Positions 1-8,559 of a stretch of DNA of 14,031 nt are shown here, in pieces. Both the position numbers and the translations under genes were made by a program. The notes beneath the pieces were generated by a model. It had not been told where the DNA came from, searched no databases, and saw nothing but the letters and a program-made list of their open reading frames with translations. The stretch comes from Tubiluchus corallicola. Its lineage: Eukaryota > Animalia > Priapulida. The stretch lies in contig JAQGDQ010002127.1 of NCBI GenBank assembly GCA_030141605.1, forward strand, positions 1-14,031, written 5' to 3'. Numbering within the stretch: position 1 is the first letter of the stretch; the number at the start of each line of letters is the position of its first letter.

Positions 1-604
1 TTTCACAAAAATCATCTTAAAAATTATAGTAGGAGGGTTTAAACAATACATAAATAGTTTGAAATGACGCTAGTGTCACGTGGTGACGGTAAGATATCAG
101 TTTTAAAGAACACGAAAGAGGTACCTGAAGTAGGTTTCACAAAAATCATCTTAAAAATTATAGTAGGAGGGTTTAAACAATACATAAATAGTTTGAAATG
201 ACGCTAGTGTCACGTGGTGACGGTAAGATATCACTTTTAAAGAACAAGAAAAGAGGTACCTGAAGTAGGTTTCAGAAAAATCATCTTAAAAATTATATTA
301 CTTTATAGCAATTTTTGTTCCATTGCGCATATTAAACGATACTAGCTGATTTCCTGTACACAATAAGCTACCTTACTCTGTGTATAATCGTAAGTACTGT
401 TAAAATTCTAATCAGTCTTGTTCCATTATGCATATTAAACGTTACTACCTGATTTCCTGTACACAATAAGCTAGTTTACTCTGTTAGTTTACACACACAG
501 TGTCATGCAGCGTGTGCTGACATGCCTGTTTGCTTTCACCATGAATAGGTTTTTCAGGTGTTTGCTTAGCTGATATTCAAAACCCGATGTAATCGGACAG
601 AATT
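1..604. repeat. Left arm of long inverted repeat
   Basis: TTTCAC at 1-6 pairs with GTGAAA at 2381-2386, and ...CGGACAGAATT ending 604 pairs with AATTCTGTCCG starting 1783; no mismatches noticed in the parts compared by eye. Confidence 0.97.
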
Positions 605-757
605 TATGATATGAGGTTGGAAAAAGAGCGTGCTTGTGTTTGTGTAAGAGAGGTTGCTCGTGAAAGTGATAGTGAAGCCATATTTGACACGTCAAGGAAT
701 AATATGGTTAAAGGAAAACAGCACGATTTTTTCACATCCTGTCCCATTTTATAGTGC

Positions 758-1037
758 AATAAATAATAATAATAATAATGATCTTTATTTAAAGTCTGCT
801 TTTGGGTCAACAATTAACATTAGCTCAAAGAGCTATTATCGCCGACTGTAAATAACAACCTATAACTACATAACAGAGACTATTATTACCCCACTTTTAC
901 CCTAAATACCACGCGTCAGGCAGGGCAACAGCTGGTACCATTTTTAAAGTCTTTGGTATGACCCGGCCGCTGGTTCGAACTCACGACCTCCCAGACGGAA
1001 AGCAGACACATTACCACTAGACTAAACCGTCTGGTCC
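758..1037 (-). mobile_element. tRNA-derived SINE, copy 1 (central domain resembles the MetaSINE Meta domain)
   Basis: Minus strand has an A-box-like TAGTCTAGTGG (1014-1024), a B-box GTTCGAACC (972-980), then GGGTCATACCAAAGACTTTAAAAATGGTACC, AATAAA and an (ATT)n tail; a homologous copy lies at 2970-3222. Confidence 0.88.
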
Positions 1038-1425
1038 TGAAACATATACATTTTAACACCTATATAGGACTGCAAAATAATTGCTGATAACTTTAAAGAA
1101 ATAGATTAAAAGCTTAATTAAGGGTGGGCGAGCCCAGCTAATGATGACGTCAAAACTGAGCATAATTTTCAACAGCACAGACATTCATTGTGCGTGTTGT
1201 ACGTGTCTTTGAAAGCGAAAATTAAAGTACAGTGATACCGTACAACATTCCGTGTGATATACAAATTTTCAAATAATAATTCAAATTTACTGCTTGGTTC
1301 AAACGTGTGCAGTATGTCAGAAACGAGCCCCTCTGAACCCGTTTTTTGTACAATGAGTCTGCGAAATGCAGGCACTAATGCCCGTCTAACTAACGAATAG
1401 TGAAATGCATGTAACAATGAAGAAC

Positions 1426-1529
1426 TAGTAGTAGTAGTAGCAGTAGCAGTAGCAGCAGCAGTATTATTAATAATAATAATAATAATCATAAATAGCAGTA
1501 GTAGTAGTAGTAGTAGCAGCAGCAGCAGC
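1426..1529. repeat. Compound microsatellite (TAG)n/(CAG)n/(AAT)n
   Basis: Two TAG/CAG tracts separated by an AAT tract, read directly. Confidence 0.95.
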
Positions 1530-1902
1530 TATATTTACACGAAATATTTGCACTTTCCAGTAATTGACACGTCTTGTATTTTATAGTGAAAATAGTAAAA
1601 TCTTTGGCTTTATTTGAACGGTATTTTTTGTTTTTACAGGTATGATAACATTGCTCAAAGCGAAACATGGCCGCCGTATCACACAAACCAAGTTAGCTTA
1701 CGAATCGTCGAAGCTCACGCTTATCAGTTTACTGAAGAAACTTGCAGTAAGTTGTTTGCTGTGGTTAGCAAAATTAATTATTAATTCTGTCCGATTACAT
1801 CGGGTTTTGAATATCAGCTAAGCAAACACCTGAAAAACCTATTCATGGTGAAAGCAAACAGGCATGTCAGCACACGCTGCATGACACTGTGTGTGTAAAC
1901 TA

Positions 1903-2072
1903 ACAGAGTAAACTAGCTTATTGTGTACAGGAAATCAGGTAGTAACGTTTAATATGCATAATGGAACAAGACTGATTAGAATTTTAACAGTACTTACGAT
2001 TATACACAGAGTAAGGTAGCTTATTGTGTACAGGAAATCAGCTAGTATCGTTTAATATGCGCAATGGAACAA
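1903..2072. repeat. Two diverged ~67-bp blocks 103 bp apart inside the inverted arm (mirror at 315-484)
   Basis: ACAGAGTAA..TAGCTTATTGTGTACAGGAAATCAG.TAGTA.CGTTTAATATGC..AATGGAACAA begins at 1903 and again at 2006. Confidence 0.9.
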
Positions 2073-2089
2073 AAATTGCTATAAAGTAA

Positions 2090-2757
2090 TATAATTTTTA
2101 AGATGATTTTTCTGAAACCTACTTCAGGTACCTCTTTTCTTGTTCTTTAAAAGTGATATCTTACCGTCACCACGTGACACTAGCGTCATTTCAAACTATT
2201 TATGTATTGTTTAAACCCTCCTACTATAATTTTTAAGATGATTTTTGTGAAACCTACTTCAGGTACCTCTTTCGTGTTCTTTAAAACTGATATCTTACCG
2301 TCACCACGTGACACTAGCGTCATTTCAAACTATTTATGTATTGTTTAAACCCTCCTACTATAATTTTTAAGATGATTTTTGTGAAACCTACTTCATGTAC
2401 CTCTTTCGTGTTCTTTAAAACTGATATCTTACCGTCACCACGTGACACTAGCGTCATTTCAAACTATTTATGTATTGTTTAAACCCTCCTACTATAATTT
2501 TTAAGATGATTTTTGTGAAACCTACTTCAGGTACCTCTTTCGTGTTCTTTAAAACTGATATCTTACCGTCACCACGTGACACTAGCGTCATTTCAAACTA
2601 TTTATGTATTGTTTAAACCCTCCTACTATAATTTTTAAGACGATTTTTCTGAAACCTACTTCAGGTACCTCTTTTCTTGTTCTTCAAAACTGATATCTTA
2701 CCGCCATCACGTGACACTAGCGTCATTTCAAAGTATTTATGCATTGTTTAAACCCTC
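2090..2757. repeat. 134-135 bp tandem repeat, 5 copies (mirrored by ~2.2 copies at 1-297)
   Basis: TATAATTTTTAAGA unit starts at 2090, 2225, 2359, 2493 and 2627; units carry GAAACCTACTTCAGGTACC and GTCACCACGTGAC with occasional substitutions. Confidence 0.97.
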
Positions 2758-2969
2758 TAGCAACAAAGTGGGTTCATTGAACTATGTGGTCTACGACCTT
2801 CCAACATTTTACTGGCCACAGTAGTGAACTGAACTCACTGACACAGTTCACGCCCACGAGACGTTCATTCTGAATTTTTCAAGTGGTGAAATTAGTTACA
2901 GTTTAGACACTCACACACACACTGCACGTACAGAGGTGACAGTTACGTACAACATATGTTAAATATGTT

Positions 2970-3222
2970 AGAACAGATGGTTTAGTTTAGTGGTAACGCG
3001 TCCGTTTTCCATCTGGAAGGTCGTGAGTTCGGTCATACCAAAGACTTTATCAATGGAACCTGCTGTTGCCCTACCTGGCGCGTGACATTTTAGGGTAAAA
3101 ATGGGATAATAATAGTCTCTCTTATGTAGTTGTAGATTGTTGGCACAAAAGCTCTTTGGAGCTCATGTTAACTGTTCACCCGCAAATTATTATTATTATT
3201 ATTATTATTATTATAATTATTA
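2970..3222 (+). mobile_element. tRNA-derived SINE, copy 2 (B-box partly deleted)
   Basis: Colinear with the reverse complement of 758-1037: GGTTTAGTTTAGTGGTAA...GGTCGTGAGTTCG, short deletion, GTCATACCAAAGACTTTA...; (ATT)n tail at ~3186-3222. Confidence 0.88.
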
Positions 3223-3360
3223 CATGAGAACCTAGCTATTCGGATTAAGTAAGTTATTGTAAATGGAAAGAGTTAGAAGTGAAGAAAGTTCGCACTGACA
3301 AACAAGTACAGTAAGTTTATTACGAAACTAATCAACGGTTAACAATGATCAAGAGGACAG

Positions 3361-3699
3361 CATTGGTTCTCAAACTCCACACGACGACTCCCCCTACAGG
3401 ATTTACAAGCCTAGCAAAAATGACTTAACATTAGTTCTCTAACTCCATACGACGACTCCCCCTACAGGATTTACAAGCCTAACAAAAATGACCTAACATT
3501 AGTTCTCTAACTCCATACGACGACTCCCCCTACAGGATTTACAAGCCTAACAAAAATGACTTAACATTAGTTCTCTAACCCCATACGACGACTCCCCCTA
3601 CAGGATTTACAAGCCTAACAAAAATGACCTAACATTAGTTCTCTAACTCCATACGACGACTCCCCCCTACAGGATTTACAAGCCTAACAAAAATGACTT
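3361..3699. repeat. 68-bp tandem repeat, 5 copies
   Basis: Units start at 3361, 3429, 3497, 3565 and 3633; consensus CATTAGTTCTCTAACTCCATACGACGACTCCCCCTACAGGATTTACAAGCCTAACAAAAATGACYTAA. Confidence 0.97.
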
Positions 3700-3760
3700 G
3701 CTTTTCTGACAAACTTTCAGAACACAATACGCGATATTTAGTTCCAACTGAACAAATAAC

Positions 3761-4156
3761 AGAGCACGACAAAGCACGTGTTTACACGAGCACGACAAAG
3801 CACGTGTTTACACGAGCACGACAAAGCACGTGTTTACAACGACAAAGCACGTGTTTACAGCACGACAAAGCACGTGTTTACAACGACAAATCACGTGTTT
3901 ACACGAGCACGACAAAGCACATGTTTACAGCACGACAAAGCACGTGTTTACAACGACAAATCACGTGTTTACACGAGCACGACAAAGCACGTGTTTACAG
4001 CACGACAAAGCACGTGTTTACAACGACAAAGCACGTGTTTACAGCAGGACAAAGCACGTGTTTACAGCACGACAAAGCACGTGTTTACACGAGCACGACA
4101 AAGTACGTGTTTACAACGACAAAGCACGTGTTTACAACGACAAAGCACGTGTTTAC
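3761..4156. repeat. Variant-unit minisatellite, 17 units of mostly 21/23/26 bp, core ACGACAAAGCACGTGTTTAC
   Basis: Units parsed directly; the absence of stop codons explains the three overlapping repetitive plus-strand ORFs. Confidence 0.97.
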
Positions 4157-4289
4157 AATGTTAAAAAAGATGACTGGACGTTTCTGCAACGTTAAGTAAA
4201 ACCAGTTCATAATTAATGTACTCAACTGATTTTACTAATATCTATATTTTACAATATACTACATCTAAGTACTTAAAGACTCCTTAGTC

Positions 4290-5636
4290 GATTTTGATAT
4301 ACCAGATTAACAGCTGTACAATATACCACATCAAACTGATTCTCATGCCAGACTAACAGCTGTACAACATACCACATCAAACTGATTCTGATGCCAGATT
4401 AACAGTTGTACAATATACTACATCAAACTGATTTTGATGCCAGACTAACAGCTGTACAATATACCACATCAAACTGATTCTGATGCCAGACTAACAGCTG
4501 TACAATATACCACATCAAACTGATTTTGATGCCAGACTAACAGCTGTACAATATACCACATCAAACTGATTCTGATGCCAGACTAACAGCTGTACAATAT
4601 ACCACATCAAACTGATTCTGATGCCAGACTAACAGCTGTACAATATACCACATCAAACTGATTCTGATGCCAGACTAACAGCTGTACAATATACCACATC
4701 AAACTGATTCTGATGCCAGACTATCAGCTGTACAATATACTACATCAGACTAACAGCTGTACTATATAGCACATCAGATTAACAGCTGTACAATATACAC
4801 CAAACTGATTTTGACCACAGATTAACAGCTGTACAATATACCTCAGACTAACAGCTGTACAATAAACCACATCAAACTGATTCTGATGCCAGACTAACAG
4901 CTGTACAATATACCACATCAAACTGATTCTGATGCCAGACTAACAGCTGTACAATATACCACATCAAACTGATTCTGATGCCAGACTAACAGCTGTACAA
5001 TATACCACATCAAACTGATTCTGATGCCAGACTAACAGCTGTACAATATACTACATCAAACTGATTCTGACGCCAGACTAACAGCTGTACAATATACTAC
5101 ATCAGACTAACAGCTGTACAATATACCACATCAAACTGATTCTGACGCCAGACTAACAGCTGTACAATATACCACATCAAACTGATTCTGCTGCCAGACT
5201 AACAGCTGTACAATATACTACATCAGACTAACAGCTGTACAATATAGCACATCAGATTAACAGCTGTACAATATACACCAAACTGATTTTGACCACAGAT
5301 TAACAGCTGTACAATATACCTCAGACTAACAGCTGTACAATAAACCACATCAAACTGATTCTGATACCAGACTAACAGCTGTACAATATACTACATCAAA
5401 CTGGTTCTGATACCAGACTAACAGCTGTACAACATACCGCATCAAACTGATTTTGATGCCAGACTAACAGCTGTACAATATACCACATCAAACTAATTCT
5501 GATACCAGACTAACAGCTGTACAACATACCGCATCAAACTGATTTTGATGCCAGACTAACAGCTGTACAATATACCTCAGACTAACAGCTGTACAATATA
5601 GCTCAGACTAACAGCTGTACAATATAGCTCATCAAA
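4290..5636. repeat. 46-bp minisatellite with shorter variant units, ~33 units
   Basis: Consensus CCAGACTAACAGCTGTACAATATACCACATCAAACTGATTCTGATG; shortened ~26-29 bp units are interspersed. Confidence 0.97.
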
Positions 5637-6813
5637 GTACTTAAATACTGCTGTGTCATCCACAAACACTCGTATAGAACAAACTGAAAACAAAGCTCAT
5701 GATTTAGCACACTCCTGCTGTATTTTCATAATCCCCAATGCCACAAACAGTCCTCAAATATTTATGCTTAAAGACTTGACTCCCTAGCCACCAGGCATGG
5801 TAAATAATCAATGGCTTCGCGTTCCGACGGGCTTATCTTGAGAAGATTGATGAGATTTAGAGCATCTTGAGAGGTTGGTATTACTTGGAAAAATGCATTA
5901 TTCAATCTACGCTGTAAGTCTGAGCCGTTACACACGAGAGCTCACGAAGGCAAGTCTACTGTATCCTAACCATTAAACTTGTGCTGACTGGTCAATATTT
6001 TACTAAGCGGTTTTCAATCTTGACTACGTCACTTCTGCTGCCGTTCTGGAGATTTCAAACGGTCAATAATTACTCATTAGTTGCGCGTCAGTTGCAATTT
6101 TTGTCACCACTTAAAGCACAAGAAAACCGTCCACTTACATAAAGGTTAGAAAATTCGTCTTGAAATTATGTGCCACTTACATGCTGCCTTTTTGCATTCA
6201 GGATTTGCGTCGGCAGTAACGCGGTATAAAACATGTACAACGTAAACTCCCGCGATGACCGTTAGACGCAGCCATTTTGAAGATAAGTCATTTGAAATAA
6301 GTTTAGATAACACCGGGTAAAGTTTGAAAAAATAATTAGAGGATTCGTAGCGCACACGTCACCAACTGAGTAAACTTTTAAATGACCGTATGTTAATCAA
6401 TGAGATTAAAATACGTTTTTGGGTTTGTGAGTGGTGCACCCTGGAGGGTGAGTCAACAATATTTTACCAATTGCATTTCTGAAACCTACTTCAGGTACCA
6501 CTTTACCTGTACTTTCGACTCGATCCTGATAATCAGTAAAGCTTGTATAGCAGCTACGAATCAAATGTGCAATGAATAAAATGAAAATGTGAATAAAGAT
6601 AAATACAAATAAAACTGCACATTGCAAAGATCCTATGAAATAGTGTTCATTAAAACATTTATGGTTAAATTTCACGAATGATTAAAATATATGAAGCCAA
6701 CAAATTTATCTTTTCGACTGACAAAACTTGTAAAGACAACGAACTACCAAAATATACATTGACCGTTATCCAACGACGTCAGGCACATCAGGACCATATA
6801 AAAGTGTTTTCGG

Positions 6814-6828
6814 TATATATATAAAAAT

Positions 6829-6869
<41 letters not shown>
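6814..6869. repeat. (TA)n/(CA)n/(TA)n microsatellite
   Basis: Read directly. Confidence 0.95.
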
Positions 6870-7191
6870 AGTTTTAAGAGCTTCCCAAAACTTCTAAAGC
6901 ATGAGTATCAGTTCGCTAAAGACAGCCACTAACATCATAACTACGTAATTGCATTCAGTCTGATAAAAAGTATACGTTTTAACACAATTAAGACTGCTAA
7001 AGCATTTCTGATAACTAAACGACAGACTAAAAACTTATTTAACGGAAGGCGAGTCCAACTGTTGATGACATCACAAACTAACATAATTTCCAACAGCAAG
7101 AAGCATGTTTCCTTTCAATATTTACCATTAGACCATTACCATTACCATTATCATTGCCATTGCTATTACTACATATACATATATATATATA

Positions 7192-7271
7192 TTTTTGCAA
7201 TAGTTACAGTATATCAGATTAACCTATATGTACATATAGGTTAATCTGATATACTGTAACTATTGCAAAAA
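7192..7271. repeat. Perfect 80-bp palindrome with no spacer
   Basis: TTTTTGCAATAGTTACAGTATATCAGATTAACCTATATGT (7192-7231) is followed immediately by its exact reverse complement (7232-7271). Confidence 0.98.
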
Positions 7272-7379
7272 ACACTCATTCGCACAACAATTAAAATTTC
7301 AAATGGAACATAATCCAAGCACTAAAATGGAAGGCTAAAGTTTACAAATCCCCACACTGAAGAAATTAGTTCGTGAAGT

Positions 7380-7455
7380 GGATTAGGATTAAAGTTAGGA
7401 TTAGGATTAAGGTTAGGGTAGGTTGGGTTAGGTTTATGTTGGGGTTCGGGTTAGC
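7380..7455 (+). repeat. Degenerate telomere-like hexamer tract
   Basis: Run of TTAGGA, TTAAGG, TTAGGG, TTGGG and TTCGGG variants. Confidence 0.8.
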
Positions 7456-7592
7456 CTTTAACTTTTATTTTTCATTTAATTTTTTTTTTATTACCACAAA
7501 TTTACAACTTGGAGACATTATACACGGTTTACTGGGAGACTGGGACTGGGAGACCCGGGAAAAAGCCAGAAACCGTACAGGCCACGAAGTAA

Positions 7593-8063
7593 TAGCGTTA
7601 GTGTTGGGTTGAGGTTAGGGCTAGCGTTAGTGTTGGGTTAAGGTTAGGGCAAGCGTTAGTGTTGGGTTAAGGTTAGGGCTAGCGTTAGTGTTGGGTTAAG
7701 TTTAGGGCAAGCGTTAGTGTTGGGTTGAGGTTAGGGCTAGCGTTAGTGTTGGGTTGAGGTTAGGGCTAGAGTCAGTGTTGGGTTAAGGTTAGGGCTAGCG
7801 TTAGTGTTGGGTTAAGGTTAGGGCTAGTGTTAGTGTTGGGTTAAGGTTAGGGCTAGCGTTAGTGTTGGGTTGAGGTTAGGGCTAGAGTTAGTGTTGGGTT
7901 GAGGTTAGGGCTAGCGTTAGTGTTGGGTTAAGGTTAGAGCTAGCGTTAGTGTTGGGTTAAGGTTAGAGCTAGCGTTAGTGTTGGGTTAAGGTTAGAGCTA
8001 GCGTTAGTGTTGAGTTGAGGTTAGGGCTAGCGTTAGTGTTGGGTTAAGGTTAGGGCTAGCGTT
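7593..8063 (+). repeat. 29-bp telomere-like minisatellite, 16 copies
   Basis: Unit AGCGTTAGTGTTGGGTTAAGGTTAGGGCT starts at 7594, 7623, 7652, 7681 and so on to 8029; it parses as five degenerate TTAGGG hexamers minus one base. Confidence 0.96.
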
Positions 8064-8559
8064 GTTGGCATCTTTCTGTCTCGGAAGACAGTGGAATGTG
8101 CGCCAAGAGAGTCCGATCCTTGACCGTCTCCAGGGCGCACGCCTGGGTAAGGTGTATGGAGATCCTGAGTTGCCCAGACCGCAGGAACCCCCTCTCTTTC
8201 TCCTTAGTGTAGTCCAAAGGAAAGCGGAGCGATACATTTGGCACCAGGTTGGTTGTAGGAGCTGCCGGACACAGTAAGCATGCTGCACTGGTCCGCCTTC
8301 GGGGCTCCACTCCAGATTTGGAAGGTTTACTCCTCTACACATGGCCGTTGGGTCACTTGACCTCCTCTGCCCTCTAGCTGTTGGCTGCTTGTACAGCTCC
8401 TCCACCTAGTGTCGAGATACAGTGTGGGCATCCCGCAAGCCTACAGCACCTGGTATTCCTAGGCGGTCATCCATCCAAGCACTAACCAGGCACTAACGTT
8501 GCTTAACTTCGGTGATCAGAGGAGAACCAGTGTTTTCAACGTGATTTGGCCGTAGTCCC
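8064..8559 (-). mobile_element. 5S rRNA-derived SINE (SINE3 type) with RTE-like body and 3' tail
   Basis: GC-rich island. Minus strand reads 5S-like head, then a body, then CCACTGTCTTCCGAGACAGAAAGATGCCAACAAC, which resembles RTE-clade 3' ends (from memory). Imperfect TSD GGGCTAGCGTT (8053-8063) and GGGCTAGCTTT (8560-8570). Confidence 0.8.
8437..8557 (-). pseudogene. 5S rRNA-derived sequence (SINE head rather than a functional 5S gene)
   Basis: Minus strand GACTACGGCCAAATCACGTTGAAAACACTGGTTCTCCTCTGATCACCGAAGTTAAGCAACG...TTGGATGGATGACCGCCTAGGAATACCAGGTGCTGTAGGCTT spans a full invertebrate-type 5S with several substitutions and no oligo-T terminator after it. Confidence 0.9.

Larger units (their letters stand above)
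1..2757. mobile_element. Non-autonomous long-TIR (foldback-type, possibly Sola2-like) DNA transposon, truncated by the left window edge
   Basis: 1-604 is the reverse complement of 1783-2386, including copy-specific variants. The arms contain tandem subrepeats. The right arm ends ...AAACCCTC at 2757 (5'-GAGGG on the other strand). The 1178-bp spacer has no transposase ORF. Confidence 0.65.
1783..2757. repeat. Right arm of long inverted repeat
   Basis: 1783-2386 mirrors 1-604; 2387-2757 continues the same 134-bp subrepeat, whose partner would lie left of the window. Confidence 0.93.
3258..4157 (-). mobile_element. Candidate solo LTR containing two tandem arrays
   Basis: Bounded by inverted TGTAAA (3258) and TTTACA (4157); minus-strand AATAAA at 3316-3321 is followed by a T/C-rich U5-like tract ending in ACA. 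No clean TSD (GTTAT versus ATGTT). Confidence 0.35.

Noticed and set aside
960-1037. tRNA gene
   Set aside because: A and B boxes are present but I cannot build a convincing acceptor stem, and it continues into a SINE body and tail with a second diverged copy nearby.
1169-1686. Minus-strand ORFs of 106 and 66 aa
   Set aside because: Partly translated microsatellite; the rest has no recognisable motif.
3693-4199. Three overlapping repetitive ORFs (168, 128 and 121 aa)
   Set aside because: Produced by a stop-free minisatellite with mixed unit lengths, so the same peptides appear in all frames.
3361-5636. CRISPR-like repeat arrays
   Set aside because: Units are head-to-tail with no unique spacers, there are no cas genes, and the context is eukaryotic.
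5768-5945. Minus-strand open stretch (~58 codons, ...DLQRRLNNAFFQVIPTSQDALNLINLL...)
   Set aside because: Protein-like but short, without a start or a strong acceptor, and not recognised; a BLASTx hit would be needed to revive it.
7380-8063. True telomere
   Set aside because: No long perfect (TTAGGG)n tract, and other sequence continues on both sides.
8004-8405. ORFs of 133, 84 and 71 aa in the GC-rich island
   Set aside because: They lie in the SINE body, show no recognisable domain, and are expected by chance at this GC content.
8437-8557. Functional 5S rRNA gene
   Set aside because: Single copy, several substitutions, no oligo-T terminator, and fused to a retroelement-like body within TSDs.
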